Positions 49,317-63,422 are shown, counted from the first letter of the stretch. The stretch is 64,000 nucleotides of DNA from Octopus sinensis (GCF_006345805.1 NC_043011.1:15202464-15266463), one strand, 5' to 3'. The notes: generated from the sequence alone by a model not told the origin. Numbers and translations: made by a program.

Positions 49317-50116
49317 CTACCACAATACCAAATACCAACATGACGACGACGACCGCCACCACCACTACCACCAGCACCACCACCAACACCACCGCCACCA
49401 CCACTACCACCAGCACCACCACCAACACCACCGCCACCACCACCACCTGCTTTGCTATTGTCAATATCAACACTACTTTATCACCCCCCGTATCACTTCC
49501 ACTACTACTACTACTACTACTGCTATCGCACTTACCTGCACTGTAACACTAGTACCCTCACCAGAACAATTACCACCTTTACCACCATCACCACGGTGAA
49601 GACTAACCCCACCCTTCCAGTTTCAGCTCCTTTTAAACACCACTGCAACGACGACCACCAGAAACAAAAACAACCTCCACCGACACTTCACGCCACCGCC
49701 GCCACCACCACCACCACCACCACCACCACCACTTCACCGCACCCTACATCACGATGGTGAAATGATTGTCTAGCTACCAGACTAAGCAACGCCACAAAGT
49801 AAACAGACGAAAGTCAGGATTTAGTTTCCATAGAAACAAGGATTCCCTTTTTTAAGATGATGTTTTGAAAGTGTTTTATTGACAGTAAGTAAAATTATAA
49901 ATGCAATTAAACGTGCATATATATATAATATATATACACTCAAACACACTCACACAACACACACGCACATGTGTTATATATATAGTATATAATTATAAAC
50001 ATACACGTATTTGAATATTTGCGGTGTGTGGGTATGTATATATATAATAAATAATATAATATATATACATGAATATGTATATATATTATATATGTATATA
50101 TGCAAAAATATAGATA

Positions 50117-50149
<33 letters not shown>

Positions 50150-50172
50150 TATATATCTAATAGATATATATA

Positions 50173-50204
<32 letters not shown>

Positions 50205-50323
50205 AACACATGCCCTTGCATAGATTTATACGTCCACATATATAGTTGTACGAGTGTGCGTGTATGTATAAATATATATACATGTATATATGTAGTGTGT
50301 ATATATATAATATATAATTATTA

Positions 50324-50388
<65 letters not shown>

Positions 50389-51273
50389 GAAATATATACA
50401 TGTATATTTATTTACATACACGCCATATATATATATATATATACATATGCATATACATATATATGTGTGTATTTGTATACTCGCACACGCACACACACAT
50501 ACACGCGCACACACATACACGCGCAGTGAATATTCAGCTTTCTAGCTGGCTTTTCATTCACACATTACAAATATGTTTTCCATTTCTCTCTATAACCTAA
50601 TTATTCTCCTGCCATCAGCTTATCTCCAGCAATATCTAACTGTATATGTCAATATCTCTCTTTCTATCTCAAGCTTTCATATACATTAATTTGTAGAACT
50701 TTTTTTCCATGTGCACATACAAAGCTCTAAGTCATTTATTTTCGAAGGCGATTCCGGCACAGTATAGGCATGTCACAAACACATATGTGTGCATTTATGC
50801 ATAAACGAATACATACAGATATACATAGCTATACACAACACACACACACACACGTACACGCATGCGCAGACAAGCACGCAATCGCAAACACGTACACACA
50901 CGTGCGCATACATATACATACAAGCGTCGATATCTCCAATAACTTGAAGTAAACGAACCCAGTGAGAAAGTGAAATTGACAATCTTCGTTCCAGTATAGT
51001 AATTTAGAAGACAATACTTTTCTCAACATTCCCAAACATACATACTTCTAATTATCGAAATATACTTGAATAACCAGCAACACATATTCGCATAATTCAT
51101 CCAATACTCAAATATGTACTGTCATATTTCACAAGCATTTTGTATGAACGTATGTATGTATGTATGTATGTATGTATGTATGTATCTATCTATCTATCTA
51201 TCTGCACGCACAAACACATACAGACACACACACACACACAACACACACACACACACACACACACACACATTAT

Positions 51274-51327
<54 letters not shown>

Positions 51328-51358
51328 ATATACATATATATACTATGAATAATATATA

Positions 51359-51443
51359 GTCTATTGACTAGTTAGTCTTGTAATCTGCTAGGCCACTGGT
51401 AGTAAAAAAAAAAGAATTTCTAAAATTTTTTCCTACCCTGATG

Positions 51444-51446
<3 letters not shown>
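51359..51446 (+). mobile_element. Terminal fragment of the hairpin-ended approximately 500-bp repeat family
   Basis: gtctattgacta..ctaggccactggtag...ctaccctg then (TA)n. Confidence 0.55.
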
Positions 51447-51501
<55 letters not shown>

Positions 51502-52135
51502 TAACGAAACAGAGAGATAATTAATATATTATTTTTTAATAAAAAATTGACAATCATCCTTTACAGCTGTTTCAGTTCAAGACCTTTAGAAAATTAATTA
51601 ATAAAATTAAGAAGTATTTGAAAGTCGAATATCACCAGAGGTAGTTTAAGATATACAAAATATGTGTTCAATTCCTGCATGTTGATTAAACTGCTGCAAA
51701 CCGTTAATTGCACTTTAATTTCATGAGTAGGCTGTTTCGTTGATCGGATCAACTGGAACCCTCGTCGTCGCAACCGACGGAGTGCCAAGATATATATATA
51801 ATTTCATTTAATTATCAAGGACCTAATTTCCCTTACGGTATGCGAACACCCTAGTTCACCGGTTTCTATCAGCGTTTACAGAAAACCAAATATATTAGTT
51901 TATTACCGAATCGTATAGGTATTTAAATAAACCTTTTTAAATAAGAAAATGTAGATTAGAATAATATTTATTCAAAGTAGAATATACGCTGAAAAATAAG
52001 GTCTCACTGACTGTTTATGTAGAGTCGTCTTTTTCTTCGGTACTTGCTTGTACATCTTATACATCCGCGCACACGCACGCACAAACACACACGCACACAG
52101 ACTCACATGCTTTTCTACATTTCTTAATATATATA

Positions 52136-52167
<32 letters not shown>

Positions 52168-52185
52168 TATTTTTTAATTCTTTTA

Positions 52186-52612
52186 TTGTTTCCGTCATTT
52201 GACTGCGGTCATGCTGGAGCATCGCCTTTAGTCTAGCAAATCGACCCCAGGACTTATTCTTTGTAAGCCTAGTACTTATTCTATCGGTCGCTTTGGCGAA
52301 CCGCTAGTTACGAGGACGCAAACACATTCAGCATAGTTGTCAAGCGATGTTAGGGGACAAACACAGGCACACAAACATATATATATATATATATATATTA
52401 TATTATATATATATATATATATATTTATATAATATATATATAATATATATTATATATACGAGGGCTTCGCTTTATTTTTTCGTTTTTCTAACAAATCTAA
52501 CTAACTTTAGTCGGCCCGAGGCTATAGTAGAAGACACTTGCCCAAGTTGCCACGCAGTAGTTGCCATGTGGTTGGTAAGCAAACTATTTACCACACACCC
52601 ACTTCTGCGCCT
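52186..52612 (-). mobile_element. SINE family B
   Basis: Homologous to 58158-58567. Confidence 0.8.
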
Positions 52613-53652
52613 GTATATACAAGAGTTAAGGAATGAAGTAAATAAAATCTTGACTACACATGTTTCATAGCGAGTGGAACCTCGCATGTAGTAAATATGC
52701 AAGCATGGTGTATACCGCAGGTTACACTTCAGGTCAAGGGTATCTTGATTAAGTACACACACACAAACATATGTGTGTGTGTTGTGCATGTATGTACGTA
52801 TATATATATATATAAGAATGAATGTTTTTATATATAATGAACGTGAAATACGAAGGGACGAACACGGAACACAGAACAATCATTCGAAGCCTTCGATCTT
52901 CAGTCAGACACCCGAATCATCATAGCAAATTTCGGCTGTTCAATTCTGATATTTGCTCCACTCGGCCAGCCCAAGAAAAAAAACTAAGCTGTAAGCATTA
53001 GATTCTTGGTGAAGACAGGAATGTGAACGCACAAGACGGATGTGAATACAAGAGACGAAAACGAAATTGAAAACAGTAATGAATAAACAAAATATATATA
53101 TACGGTGGTTGTCATACGACTTTAGACCAAATGAGACAAAAACAACAACAACAACATAGCTGGCGTAGAAATAATTACCGTTTCGGTAGCGGGGACACAT
53201 GTTGGTCGAGATACGAAGGACCAAACAGAATGGTTTAAGAAGCAGCAGGGTCGCAGGAGAGAGAAGAAAGAGAGACAGAGAGAGAGGGAATCAAAGAGGG
53301 TGAAGGCAGGGGACAGAATCAGTGACCAAGAGAAAAGGAGGAAAGAAGGGATTTAAGGAGGATGGGAGGAAGAGGGGAGGAGGATGGGAGGAAGAGAGGG
53401 AAGAATCGGAGGGCGCCAAAAAGTTTGGTGAAAGAAGCAATGGCGGGTAGGAAAGACAGTGTGTGTAGAAGTCGTGCAGGGTTTAAAATTGGACAAACAA
53501 AAGGGGGGTGGGGGTGCACGTAACGCCGCAATAATATAAGAATGAATGTTTTTATATATAATGAACGTGAAATACAGGAAGGGACGAACACGGAACACAG
53601 ACAAATCATTCGAAGCATATATATATACTTTATTTAAAGCAGCAGAAAATTC

Positions 53653-53705
53653 AACAAAATCTGTTACTCTGAGTTTCTCGTCGCCGTTCATCAGACAGTT
53701 TTTGC
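53653..53705 (-). ncRNA. Type I hammerhead motif, canonical core, A.A mismatch at the base of stem II
   Basis: Minus strand reads aaaaactgt CTGATGA ACG-GCGA-CGA GAAA CTCAGAG TA acagatttt. Confidence 0.7.
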
Positions 53706-54100
53706 TAGAATGGAACCGATATATCAATTCAATCCAGACTCTTACAAACGCTACACCTTTAAAAAAATGGACTTGTTTGATTGGCCCTTTGGAAATAACG
53801 GTCAATCTTCGAGCGATAAACAAAAAATGAGCTCAAAAATATATGTATATATATATATATAAAAATTATAAAAATTATAAAAGTTATAAAATTCGAGGAA
53901 AAATCCTTACATTGAATAAAATACATATTGACGTTAATGAAGAAAATATAATTAATGCATACAAATTAAAACGCTTTATAAATATTACACTGCAATACAT
54001 ATTCATATTAGAGTGTACATATATATATCAACATTATATATATATATATATATGGAAACATGTCAAGATAGAAAATACTAAAATAATTTTATAAAAAACA

Positions 54101-54143
54101 GTTCAGTACCGGTTTCAGTCATTGAGACTTTTGCAACTGTAAC
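54101..54143 (-). ncRNA. Type I hammerhead-like motif with variant core UUGCAAA
   Basis: Minus strand reads gttacag TTGCAAA AGTC-tcaat-GACT GAAA CCGG TA ctgaac. Confidence 0.5.
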
Positions 54144-54310
54144 AATTAAATTATTAAATTTAGAAAAATTAAAAGAAAAGCTTTTAAAAGGAATATTTGT
54201 ATAGTGTTCAAATATAAGTGACATTTTCCTTGTTTCTGCCTGTCTCTGTCTCTCTTGTTTACCCAGAGATGTGCGTATATCGTTGTGGATGTGACTGTGT
54301 GTGTGTGGAT

Positions 54311-54362
<52 letters not shown>

Positions 54363-54616
54363 TGTGCAGACGTATATGAAGTACAAGCAAGTACTGAAGA
54401 AAACGACGATTCCGCAAAAACAGTCAGCGAGACTAACGGAGAACATATTTTTCAGCATATATCCTAGTTTGAATAATTATTTATCAACCTACCTCACTGT
54501 ACTGATCTATTTCTTCCCTTAATTCCATTTAACAAATATATATATATATATAATATATATATATATTATATATATATATATATATAATAGATTATTTGTA
54601 TATATATATATATTTG

Positions 54617-54647
<31 letters not shown>

Positions 54648-54678
54648 CACATATATATATAGATATGACATATAATGT

Positions 54679-54740
<62 letters not shown>

Positions 54741-55519
54741 TTTCTATGTTACGCATATATATCAACGCGCGTACTTAAGTTCAACCACCTACAAGCACGA
54801 CACACATATGCATACACACAAACGCGCACACGCACGCGCGCACACAGATACGCGCGCGCGCATGAGCGCGGGCACACATACACGTTGTGCAAAGACTCAG
54901 TGCCGGATATGAAATTTCGTATATTAATTGGAAGATGAAAATTTCGTTAACTGTTATGCTGAGTTAAACGATTTCAATCTGCTGTCGGTAGCGAAAATAA
55001 AAGAAGGCTGGCTATCATACATGTATACTTACGTAGGAATAGTAGTATATCTTTAAAGAAAAATCTTTGCAAAAACTTCCACTGAAGTATTCACCAACAT
55101 AGCTGATTGTCTCTGATTGGACAGCGAGGAAGATATTTATCTTACTCTGATTTGTGTGACCAAGTAAACTTTCGAAGTATTATCAGACTGTAAGTAAAAA
55201 GAAAAGCTGTTTCGACTTTGCAATATATGAATGCAGAAAACATACTACAGAAAATAAAAGACGAAAGAAATTGTTGGGAAGAAAAATGCTAGGGGAGAAA
55301 TGATTGTCGATGGGATTATATAAGTAAACTAATCGATTTTTGAAAGAAATCCATGAAATGATTCGCATAGCAGCAACTCTGTATACGTCATACAGTTTTT
55401 CGAACATGTATAAATGTTTGTAGATATGCATATGTAAGTACATATGCCCATATCTACATAGATAGGTGCAGACGTGGCTGTGTGGTAAGAAACTTGCTTC
55501 CCAGAAGCCTACTTCCCAC

Positions 55520-57511
55520 TAAGCATGCGTGTTGTCAGTGTTGTTTGTTCGTACTATTGATTGGCTTGCAGCGGACGAAAATTGATTGTAAAAGAAGCTC
55601 AACTATAAGGTAAGACTTTTGTTTTTTGGGTCCAGTGGGGTTAGTTGTTTGCGGTAATTATTTTTGTACAAGCAAAAGGTCCTCACTGGATTCTAATCTC
55701 TGGTCTGCCTGCAGTTGAGTAAAAGTGGTTCACGTTAAGTGAATATTTTTTCTCACTTAATTGTGAGAATTGTTGCTTAGGGGCGTACCGTGCCTCCTAA
55801 AAATTTGTTCACTTTTTGTGAAGTTTTTAAATAATTGTTGTTTTGGGGGAGTGTCTTAGCCTCCGAAAATTGAACGACTTGGATACCAGTTCTTTGTGGA
55901 AGTTGTGTTCCAGTTGTAGCGTTCCGGGTTCGACTTTGGCCGGGAGTAGCTAGTGGCCCGAAGTTGTTTTTTTTTGCTATGTTTTTGAACTACTGACATT
56001 CTTTTTTCTAAACTTTTTTACTTTCTTTTTTCGTGAATTGTTTTCATTTTCTTCCTTCCATTTTATTGTGAGTTTCTTTTTGATTTCTTTCTTTTTCTTC
56101 TTTCTTTTTAGGGTTTATTTTGAACTATATTCGAACAGTTATTACAAAAATAAAGCATGGCAATGAAAAAGACAATGTTTTGGAGTGGGAAATTATACCA
56201 CCCAAACAGTGGTTGAAAGACCTTGAAGAGAGTACGGTGGTGTTGAGGACTTACGCCAAGTCGCTCGACCATCGCCCTATTCAAAAACACTGTAACTGAA
56301 AAGGAGTTTGCAGAGTATCTGCCAACTATTAAATTCATTACCGGGGGGGGGGGGGGCAAATGCGCGACGGTGTGGTTGCTATTTGCAAGCCAGCCCTTAG
56401 ACGGCAAAGAAATTTTGTTTCTGCCAACGTATCGTGGGAAGAGATTAACAAGAGCTTGGGTCTGCAGGTTGCCACCCGGGATAAAACCCGAGTTGATGGT
56501 GGAGACTATCCGCCTGGGTCAGGGTGGCAGCGGAGCCAAGCTCCTTAATGTGAAAGTTTTTCATGCGACTAATTGGACTGGGTCAAAAGTTATTTTGACA
56601 CTGTGGACCCAATCCGCCAATCTGGTTTTTCCACATTTATACGAAAATGGCCGGATGTATGTACCCGGTGATTCTTGAGGGAGCCCCCCCCCCAGGTGTC
56701 ATCGGTGCCTGGAGCCTGGCCATATAAAGAAAAACTCTGTAGAAGAGGGAACGAAGGCAGCCAAGGTGGCGGAGGACTCGTCAAAGAAGGGCCGCAAATG
56801 GAAGAAGGTGAGTAACAATGGGTGCTCAACGAAGTATCCTAGTGATGAAGAGGGGAGGCGAATCTCCCGGTCACGGAGTAGACGCACCCTCCCTCAGGTG
56901 AGAAGTAAAAAAAGAGGAAGAGGAGGGGAAATGGGACATTTCCGGCGGTCGGTGACATAATACCGGAATGTCCCGGAACCTCGTCGGTAGGGGTTGTGCC
57001 ACTGGCAGGGGAAGAGATACTGTCGGTGGGAATTGTGCCGCCGACAGTAGGAGTGACTACCTCGTCTCCGGAGGAAGACGAATTATTGGTCTTCTACGGA
57101 GGCGGAGAGGTGGAGAACGTGTTGGAAAAGCACCTAAAGGCAGTACCTTTAGCCTGCACACTGGATCCCAAATGGCCTCCGCAGATAGCTGTGGAGGTCA
57201 TAACGTTGCCCGTGTTGCGTACGCTGCAGGTACTCAACGAGAAACATCGCTTGTGGCCGGGCGACGCCAACACGGCACCTGCCTTGTGCTTGAATGAGGC
57301 GTGGGTGATGGCGGAGGATGGGGTCACAAGCGATGTTGAGGAGGAATATGGATAAGAGGTTGAAAAGCCTCAGTGTTATTGAAAGTTCCTAGTTTGGAAA
57401 AAAATGGTAAGATGCTTAGTGCCTCATTTTGTTATTGAATTGTGAACAATGTAAGAGGTTTGTTGCCTCATGAATAATGTAAGAGATCAATGTTATCGAA
57501 CAAAAAAAAAA
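55520..57511 (+). mobile_element. ORF1-only (HAL1-like) derivative of a divergent Tx1-like LINE, with an intron-like 5' segment (55610-56111) and an A10 tract at the 3' end; frameshifted
   Basis: KCATVWLLF, FLPTYRGKRLTRAWV, NWTGSK and YPVILEGAPPRCHRCLEPGHIKKNS align by eye with ORF1 at 2389; no EN/RT follows. Confidence 0.62.
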
Positions 57512-57639
57512 CGATCGACTTGCGTCGCTTTTTCCCCCATTAATCATCATTTTCATTTTTCATTTCATATAACATTATGTCTGTGTCCAGCCCGCAGCTT
57601 ACTATCTCTATGTAAGGCCTTTATGGCCAATATAATGAA

Positions 57640-57783
57640 GTAAAGAAGCTTGCTTCCCAACCACATAGTTTTGGGTTCAGTCCCACTGCGTGACACCTTC
57701 GCAACTGTCTTCTAATATAACTGCGGATCGACCAACGTCTTGTGAGTGGATTTGGTAGACGGAAACGAAAAGAAGCCTGTTGT

Positions 57784-57882
<99 letters not shown>

Positions 57883-58060
57883 ATGTATTTGTTTGACAAC
57901 CAATGTTAGTGTGTTTACGTCCCCGTAACCTAGCGGTTCGGCAAAATAGACTGTAGAATAAGTACCCGGGCGATAATGTATAAGTCCTGGGGTCGATTTC
58001 TTTGATTAAAGACGATATTCCAGCATGGCCGCTCTCAAATGACTGAAACAAGTAAAGGAA
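57640..58060 (+). mobile_element. SINE family B
   Basis: Homologous to the adjacent copy. Confidence 0.8.
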
Positions 58061-58157
58061 AAGAAAGACTACCCACACGTACACCTATGCAGAAATATTT
58101 GTGCAATCATGTAATGTTATGTGTACATCAATTATTACACTTTCATAGACATACATA

Positions 58158-58567
58158 GGCGCAGGAGTGGCTGTGTGGTAAGTAGCTTGCTTACCAACCA
58201 CATGGTTCCGGGTTCAGTCCCACTGCGTGGCAACTTGGGCAAGTGTCTTCTACTATAGCCTCGGGCCGACCAAAGCCTTGTGAGTGGATTTGGTAGACGG
58301 AAACTGAAAGAAGCCCGTCATATATATGTATATATATATATGCGTGTGTATGTGCTTGTGTGTCTGTGTTTGTCCCCCTAGCATTGGTTGACAACCGATG
58401 CTGGTGTGTTTATGTCCCCTTTACTTAGCGGTTCGGCAAAAGAGACCGATAGAGTAAATACTGGGCTTACAAAAGAATAAGATCTGGGGTCGGGTTGCTC
58501 GATTAAATGCGGTGCTCCAGCATGGCCGCAGTCAAATGACTGAAACAAGTAAAAGAGTAAAAGAGTA
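58158..58567 (+). mobile_element. SINE family B, best-preserved copy
   Basis: A-box tggctgtgtggtaag, B-box ggttcagtccc, internal AT/GT microsatellite, (GTAAAAGA)n tail. Confidence 0.88.
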
Positions 58568-58795
58568 TACACATGAAGAACGACCCTTGGTTTCACTTGT
58601 AGTCTCATTAAAAACAAAAGTTGTTCCATATGACGTCAAGATCTGTCAGACCCTCATATTTCGCTTCCTCATATTGTTGATGTCATTTGGGAGCTAACTA
58701 GCAATAAATGTTCCTTGTTAGAAATTAGCAAATAAAACATTTGCTGCTGTGTACAAATGATAACCGATAGCCACCGGGTCAGTATTTCAAGTGTG

Positions 58796-59100
58796 TGGAG
58801 GCACATGGCCTAGTGGTTAGAGCAGCGGACCCGCGGTCGAGGGATAGCGGGTTCGAATCTGAGACCGGGCGACGTGTGTGTTTATGAGCGAAAACACCTA
58901 AGCTCCATGCTGCTCCGGCAGAAGGTAATGGCGAACTTCTGCTGATTCTTTCGCCACAATTTTCACTCACTCTTTCCTCCTGCATCTTGCAGCTCACCTG
59001 CAATGGACCGGCGTTCCGTCCAGGTGGGGGACCTATACGCCAAGAAACCGGGAAACCGGCCCTTTTGAGCCAGGCATGGCTCGAGAAGGAACAAACAAAC
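58796..59100 (+). mobile_element. SINE family C
   Basis: A-box tggcctagtggttag and B-box ggttcgaatc; body shared with 33565-33851. Confidence 0.82.
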
Positions 59101-59544
59101 AGTGTTTCAAGTGAGACTGTGGGAAGCTCCATGGTGGATTTGTATTTTCAGCGAAAGGGTTATCTGCTAACGAACAAATATGCTTGCACTGTGCTCGTCA
59201 GGGGAACTGAGGTATGGCCAACGATTCTGATCATCAAATTGCCGGATTGCATTATTGCTAACATCTAAACACCAGGCAATCATGGAAGTAATTAACCAAA
59301 GAAATATTTGAATAACAATCAATCTAAGGAAGAACACACACATAGACACACACTCACATGCAAACGCTCTGGTACGCACACACGCATGCACACACATGCA
59401 AATGCAAAAGCTCACGTACACTCACATGCACACTCACATGCACACACACATGCACACACACATAAACACACATGCACACGTGTACATACGCATGTGCGTG
59501 CGCACACACAAATATATATTTGTTTATATATGTAAATATACACA

Positions 59545-59695
59545 TGTTAAGTTAAGTTAAGCTAATTTTTTGGCTCAAAAAGCAAAAAGCAAGGCCATGT
59601 AGGGGGACATGGAGTTATGTACAGGGTGGTGTTCATGCAAAGAGTTCAGGCCATTTGTGGTCAAGGGAGACTTTGAACCGAGCGGTCGTCGAAAT
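59545..59695 (-). pseudogene. CR1-like LINE extreme 3' end with an (AACTT)n tail
   Basis: TTARFKVSLDHKWPELFA* then a short UTR and aacttaacttaac. Confidence 0.5.
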
Positions 59696-59819
59696 CTTTA
59701 TGTGTTTGTGTGCGTGTATCTGTTTTGGTACATTCCACCTTAAAGTTTAAATACTTTTTGCCCTCAAATAATGGATGGTAGAAATTAGGGAAATTCAAGA
59801 AAGAGAGTGGGGAAACTGT

Positions 59820-60000
59820 TCACTAGCTAGATATACAGACCATTCGACGTTAGGGATGTTGAAGTCTTTTAGAAGAACATGAAGGCTATCGTTTAGGTTG
59901 CTTAATACTCTTTCCACCATTTTGAGGCTCTACTCAAATAAGTATCCATGATTTGGAACATCTTGTAGGCCATATGTAATACACATTACCATTTTGATCT
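59820..60000 (-). pseudogene. Decayed CR1-like endonuclease fragment
   Basis: VERVLSNL..HVLLKDFNIPNVEW resembles the LLGDFNLP..W motif. Confidence 0.35.
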
Positions 60001-60131
60001 GCTTTATGTGTACTACTAGAGCGTCACAAACTGAGTTTTAATGTGACAGCAGGACTGTAGGCGTGACATCTTCCCGGATGTACATTGTCACTATGCCACA
60101 ATTATTCCTTTCCTATCTGTTCAAAATATAG

Positions 60132-60165
<34 letters not shown>

Positions 60166-60242
60166 AACGCATACACAATTAAATTGCTTCCAATGCAAAG
60201 AACTTCGTATATCTATGGTGTTTGCCTAAACTACATGTGGAA

Positions 60243-60622
60243 GCACTCCGTCGGTTACGACGATGAGGGTTCCGGTTGATCCGAATCAACGGAACAGCCT
60301 GCTCGTGAAATTAACGTGTAAGTGGCTGAGCACTCCACAGACACGTGCACCCTTAACGTAGTTCTCGGGGATATTCAGCGTGACACAGAGAGTGACAAGG
60401 CCGGCCCTTTGAAATACAGGTACAACAGAAACAGGAAGTAAGAGTGAGAGAAAGTTGTGGTGAAAGAGTACAGAAGGGATCACCACCATCCCCTGCCGGA
60501 GCCTCGTGGAGCTTTTAGGTGTTTTCGCTCAATAAACACTCACAACGCCCGGTCTGGGAATCGAAACCGTGATCCTATGACCGCGAGTCCGCTGCCCTAA
60601 CCACTGGGCCATTGCGCCTCCT
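60243..60622 (-). mobile_element. SINE family C with the alternative 3' module
   Basis: Same head and body as 58796 but a different tail (shared with 33941 and 51712). Confidence 0.8.
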
Positions 60623-61586
60623 CCCAAACTACATAAGGAGCCATAAAAATGTGATTTAGCTTAAAACTTCCATTTCTTGAAAGCATACCTGCGATTAGTA
60701 TACAAATCTCAGTGTGTGTGTTATATATAATCAACAAGCAAGGGCGGATGATTCCAATAATATCAAGTAAGTGTAATCTTAGGAAAATAGTGGATACAGA
60801 TAAGAGTCGATCTGTAGAACTTGCTGATGAAAGCAGCGAACAGTATTCGATATAAGACGGAATATATTCTACAAATGCAAATGGGCCACTGTTTCGGTTT
60901 GTCTGGAACTTGTGTATTTTTTTAATGAAATTACCAATAATGTATGACGTATGAGTCATAACCAAATAAGCTTCTTTTAAAAAAAATTAACCTAAATGTA
61001 AATAAAGAGAAAGAGATAGAGGGGATGGAAGACAGAGGGGGAGAGAGCGAGACTGACATAGATAGAAAAAAATGTTTTTGAAGTCAACACGCGTGTGTAG
61101 AAATTGACGTTTATAAAAGCGTGAGAGCCAATCTTTTTAACGAGGTTAAATAGAGATGTCTTCCTTGTTTTATGTATACACATTCCATGTTATCACGCAA
61201 ATATTCAAGTAAATACATTGATTTGATGATACCAATAATTGGCTATCACATGTACACACGCACACACACACGCATATACCATACACAGACAAGTAGACAC
61301 ATACACATACTCGAACCTCGATTGCATGCTTGACGGGAATTGCTGGATGGATTTAACATTCCCAAATGATGTATATGTAATTTTTGAGATTCACCTTAAA
61401 TAAACGAAGAGCGGAAAAGACAGAAATACCCAAATATTGGCGTCACGGCATCTTCTTCCCTCAGTGAAGTTTTCTCACATTGCCAAATTCTAAATTACGT
61501 TTGTCAAATTTTCTTTCTATCTCTGCATTATCAGCTGAGAGAGTCTGAGAGATGAAAATAATTCACACATACAGACCGGCGTATGA

Positions 61587-61617
<31 letters not shown>

Positions 61618-61967
61618 TGCAAACAAGATAAATGGAACTCAAAATATGAGTATATGTATATTTAACAGGAACAACCGTGTTTCAAGAAACGAGTTTTGTG
61701 CCTTGGCTCTTATGAAAATTTGATAAGTGCCAACACACGAAACTCTCGACTCTTCAGTCACTCTGTTGCTTTGCTAGATATTGATGTGTGTGCGTTTGTG
61801 TGGTTAGGAGACTCATTCTGCAATCACGACGTTTTGGGTTCATTCTCACAGCGCATTAAATGTCGCTTACATTAAGTGTGAGTCGACAAATGCCTTGTGA
61901 GCTGTTAGACGGAAACTGTGGTTGAAAGTCCGTCATATGAAATAGCAAGCTGTTTCTAAGTGTCTCC

Positions 61968-62031
<64 letters not shown>

Positions 62032-62349
62032 TAAGTGTTTGTGTATCAGGTCTGATCAGTAAGTATACGGACTGTTGCCATAGTAACGAAGCTAAAGAAC
62101 GTAGAGTAAAGCCACAAAACAAAGATTGACCTTGAACTCTGCTGTGCATGTACACTAAGTTTTAACATTAAAGCTCACTTCCGCCGTTTACAGCAGTGCT
62201 TGGAAGAATGGTGTGTAGCGTGTGATCAGTACATTGCCCATGAGAGTGAAAGTTGTTATGGCGATACCTGCTCAAGGGCCTACGCAAAGTTGCAGAAAGT
62301 GTGTAGAGAATAGTGTATGAGCCGCACACAAGTGTACGAGTAGTTCACG

Positions 62350-63018
62350 ATGTAAAAAATTACTTGTTAAAGGGTAGTTTTTTTTGTGTTTAATTGTACA
62401 CTATTTTAAAATATGAATATGTTGTCTATTGACTATTTATACATGCTAGGCCACTGGTGGTGATATTTATAACGAATATTCATTACCCTATATATGTATC
62501 TTATGAATATGTACTTAGCATTCTCGAAGATTCGGCTCGGCATTTTATTTATTGCCGACTGTACCTGCACCTGCGCGCGAAATTTTGAAATGTTATAACA
62601 TATAATGACGGGACACGTGTTATCTTGTCTCTGAATTATAAGTTAGTTATTGAGGCCGGTCACTGATGAGAATTCGCCTGGTGGATAATATTGTTTTGCT
62701 AAATTACCTATTAAAGAATAACAAATAATATTTTTTGCTAAAAAAATTCGAAATCATGGTATAACCGCTAATAAAAATAAGAAGGTAAAAGTTTTTATTC
62801 TTCATTTACTCGAAAATTGCTATTAAATCGTGGTTTGGGCCGTGTTGGCTGCTATTTCTAGTATGTAAAAATTACCTGTTAAATGGTAGTTTTCTTTTGT
62901 GTTTAACTGTACACTATTTTAAAATATGAATATGTTGTCTATTGACTATTTATGCATGTTAGACCACTGGTGGTGATATTTATAACGAATATTCGCTACC
63001 CTATATATGTATCTTATG
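62350..63018 (+). mobile_element. Unclassified repeat, 513-bp partial tandem unit, divergent relative of 12695-13524
   Basis: Direct repeat 62350-62505 = 62863-63018; shared motif order and terminal hairpin; ends in (TA)n. Confidence 0.72.
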
Positions 63019-63151
63019 TATATATATATATACATATATATATACTTTCGCGGTTGCATACAAGTTATGGATCCAACCAACATAGGGATGGTTCTAGGTT
63101 GACGCTTACATGAAAGAAGAACACGTGTGTAACTTTAAATTTCTTTACAAG

Positions 63152-63422
63152 TGTTTCAGCATCAATTTTATTTTAGTGATGAAATAGTTCGATCATTACG
63201 ATTACATCATGAAGAGTATCCACTATCATCAGGTGATTTTAAAAGTGGGTGTGAAGAGAAAATTCAAATCGACGCGCTTTGCCAAGCATTAGCAAAGCGA
63301 GTCGATTTGAATATTCTTTTCACACCCACTTTTAATATCACCTGATGATAGTGGATACTCTTCATGATGTAATCGTAATGATCGAACTATTTCATCACTA
63401 AAACAAAACTGCTGCTGAAACA
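63152..63422. repeat. Fold-back element, about 130-bp arms and a 9-nt spacer
   Basis: Arms 63152-63282 and 63292-63422. Confidence 0.85.

Noticed and set aside
51555-51600. Hammerhead remnant (GAAACAGCTGTA on the minus strand)
   Set aside because: Stem III and the cleavage site fit, but the core and stems I/II are too degraded to call.
58796-58870. tRNA gene
   Set aside because: A/B boxes are present, but the sequence continues into a repeated SINE body and I could not form a complete cloverleaf; same for the other SINE heads.
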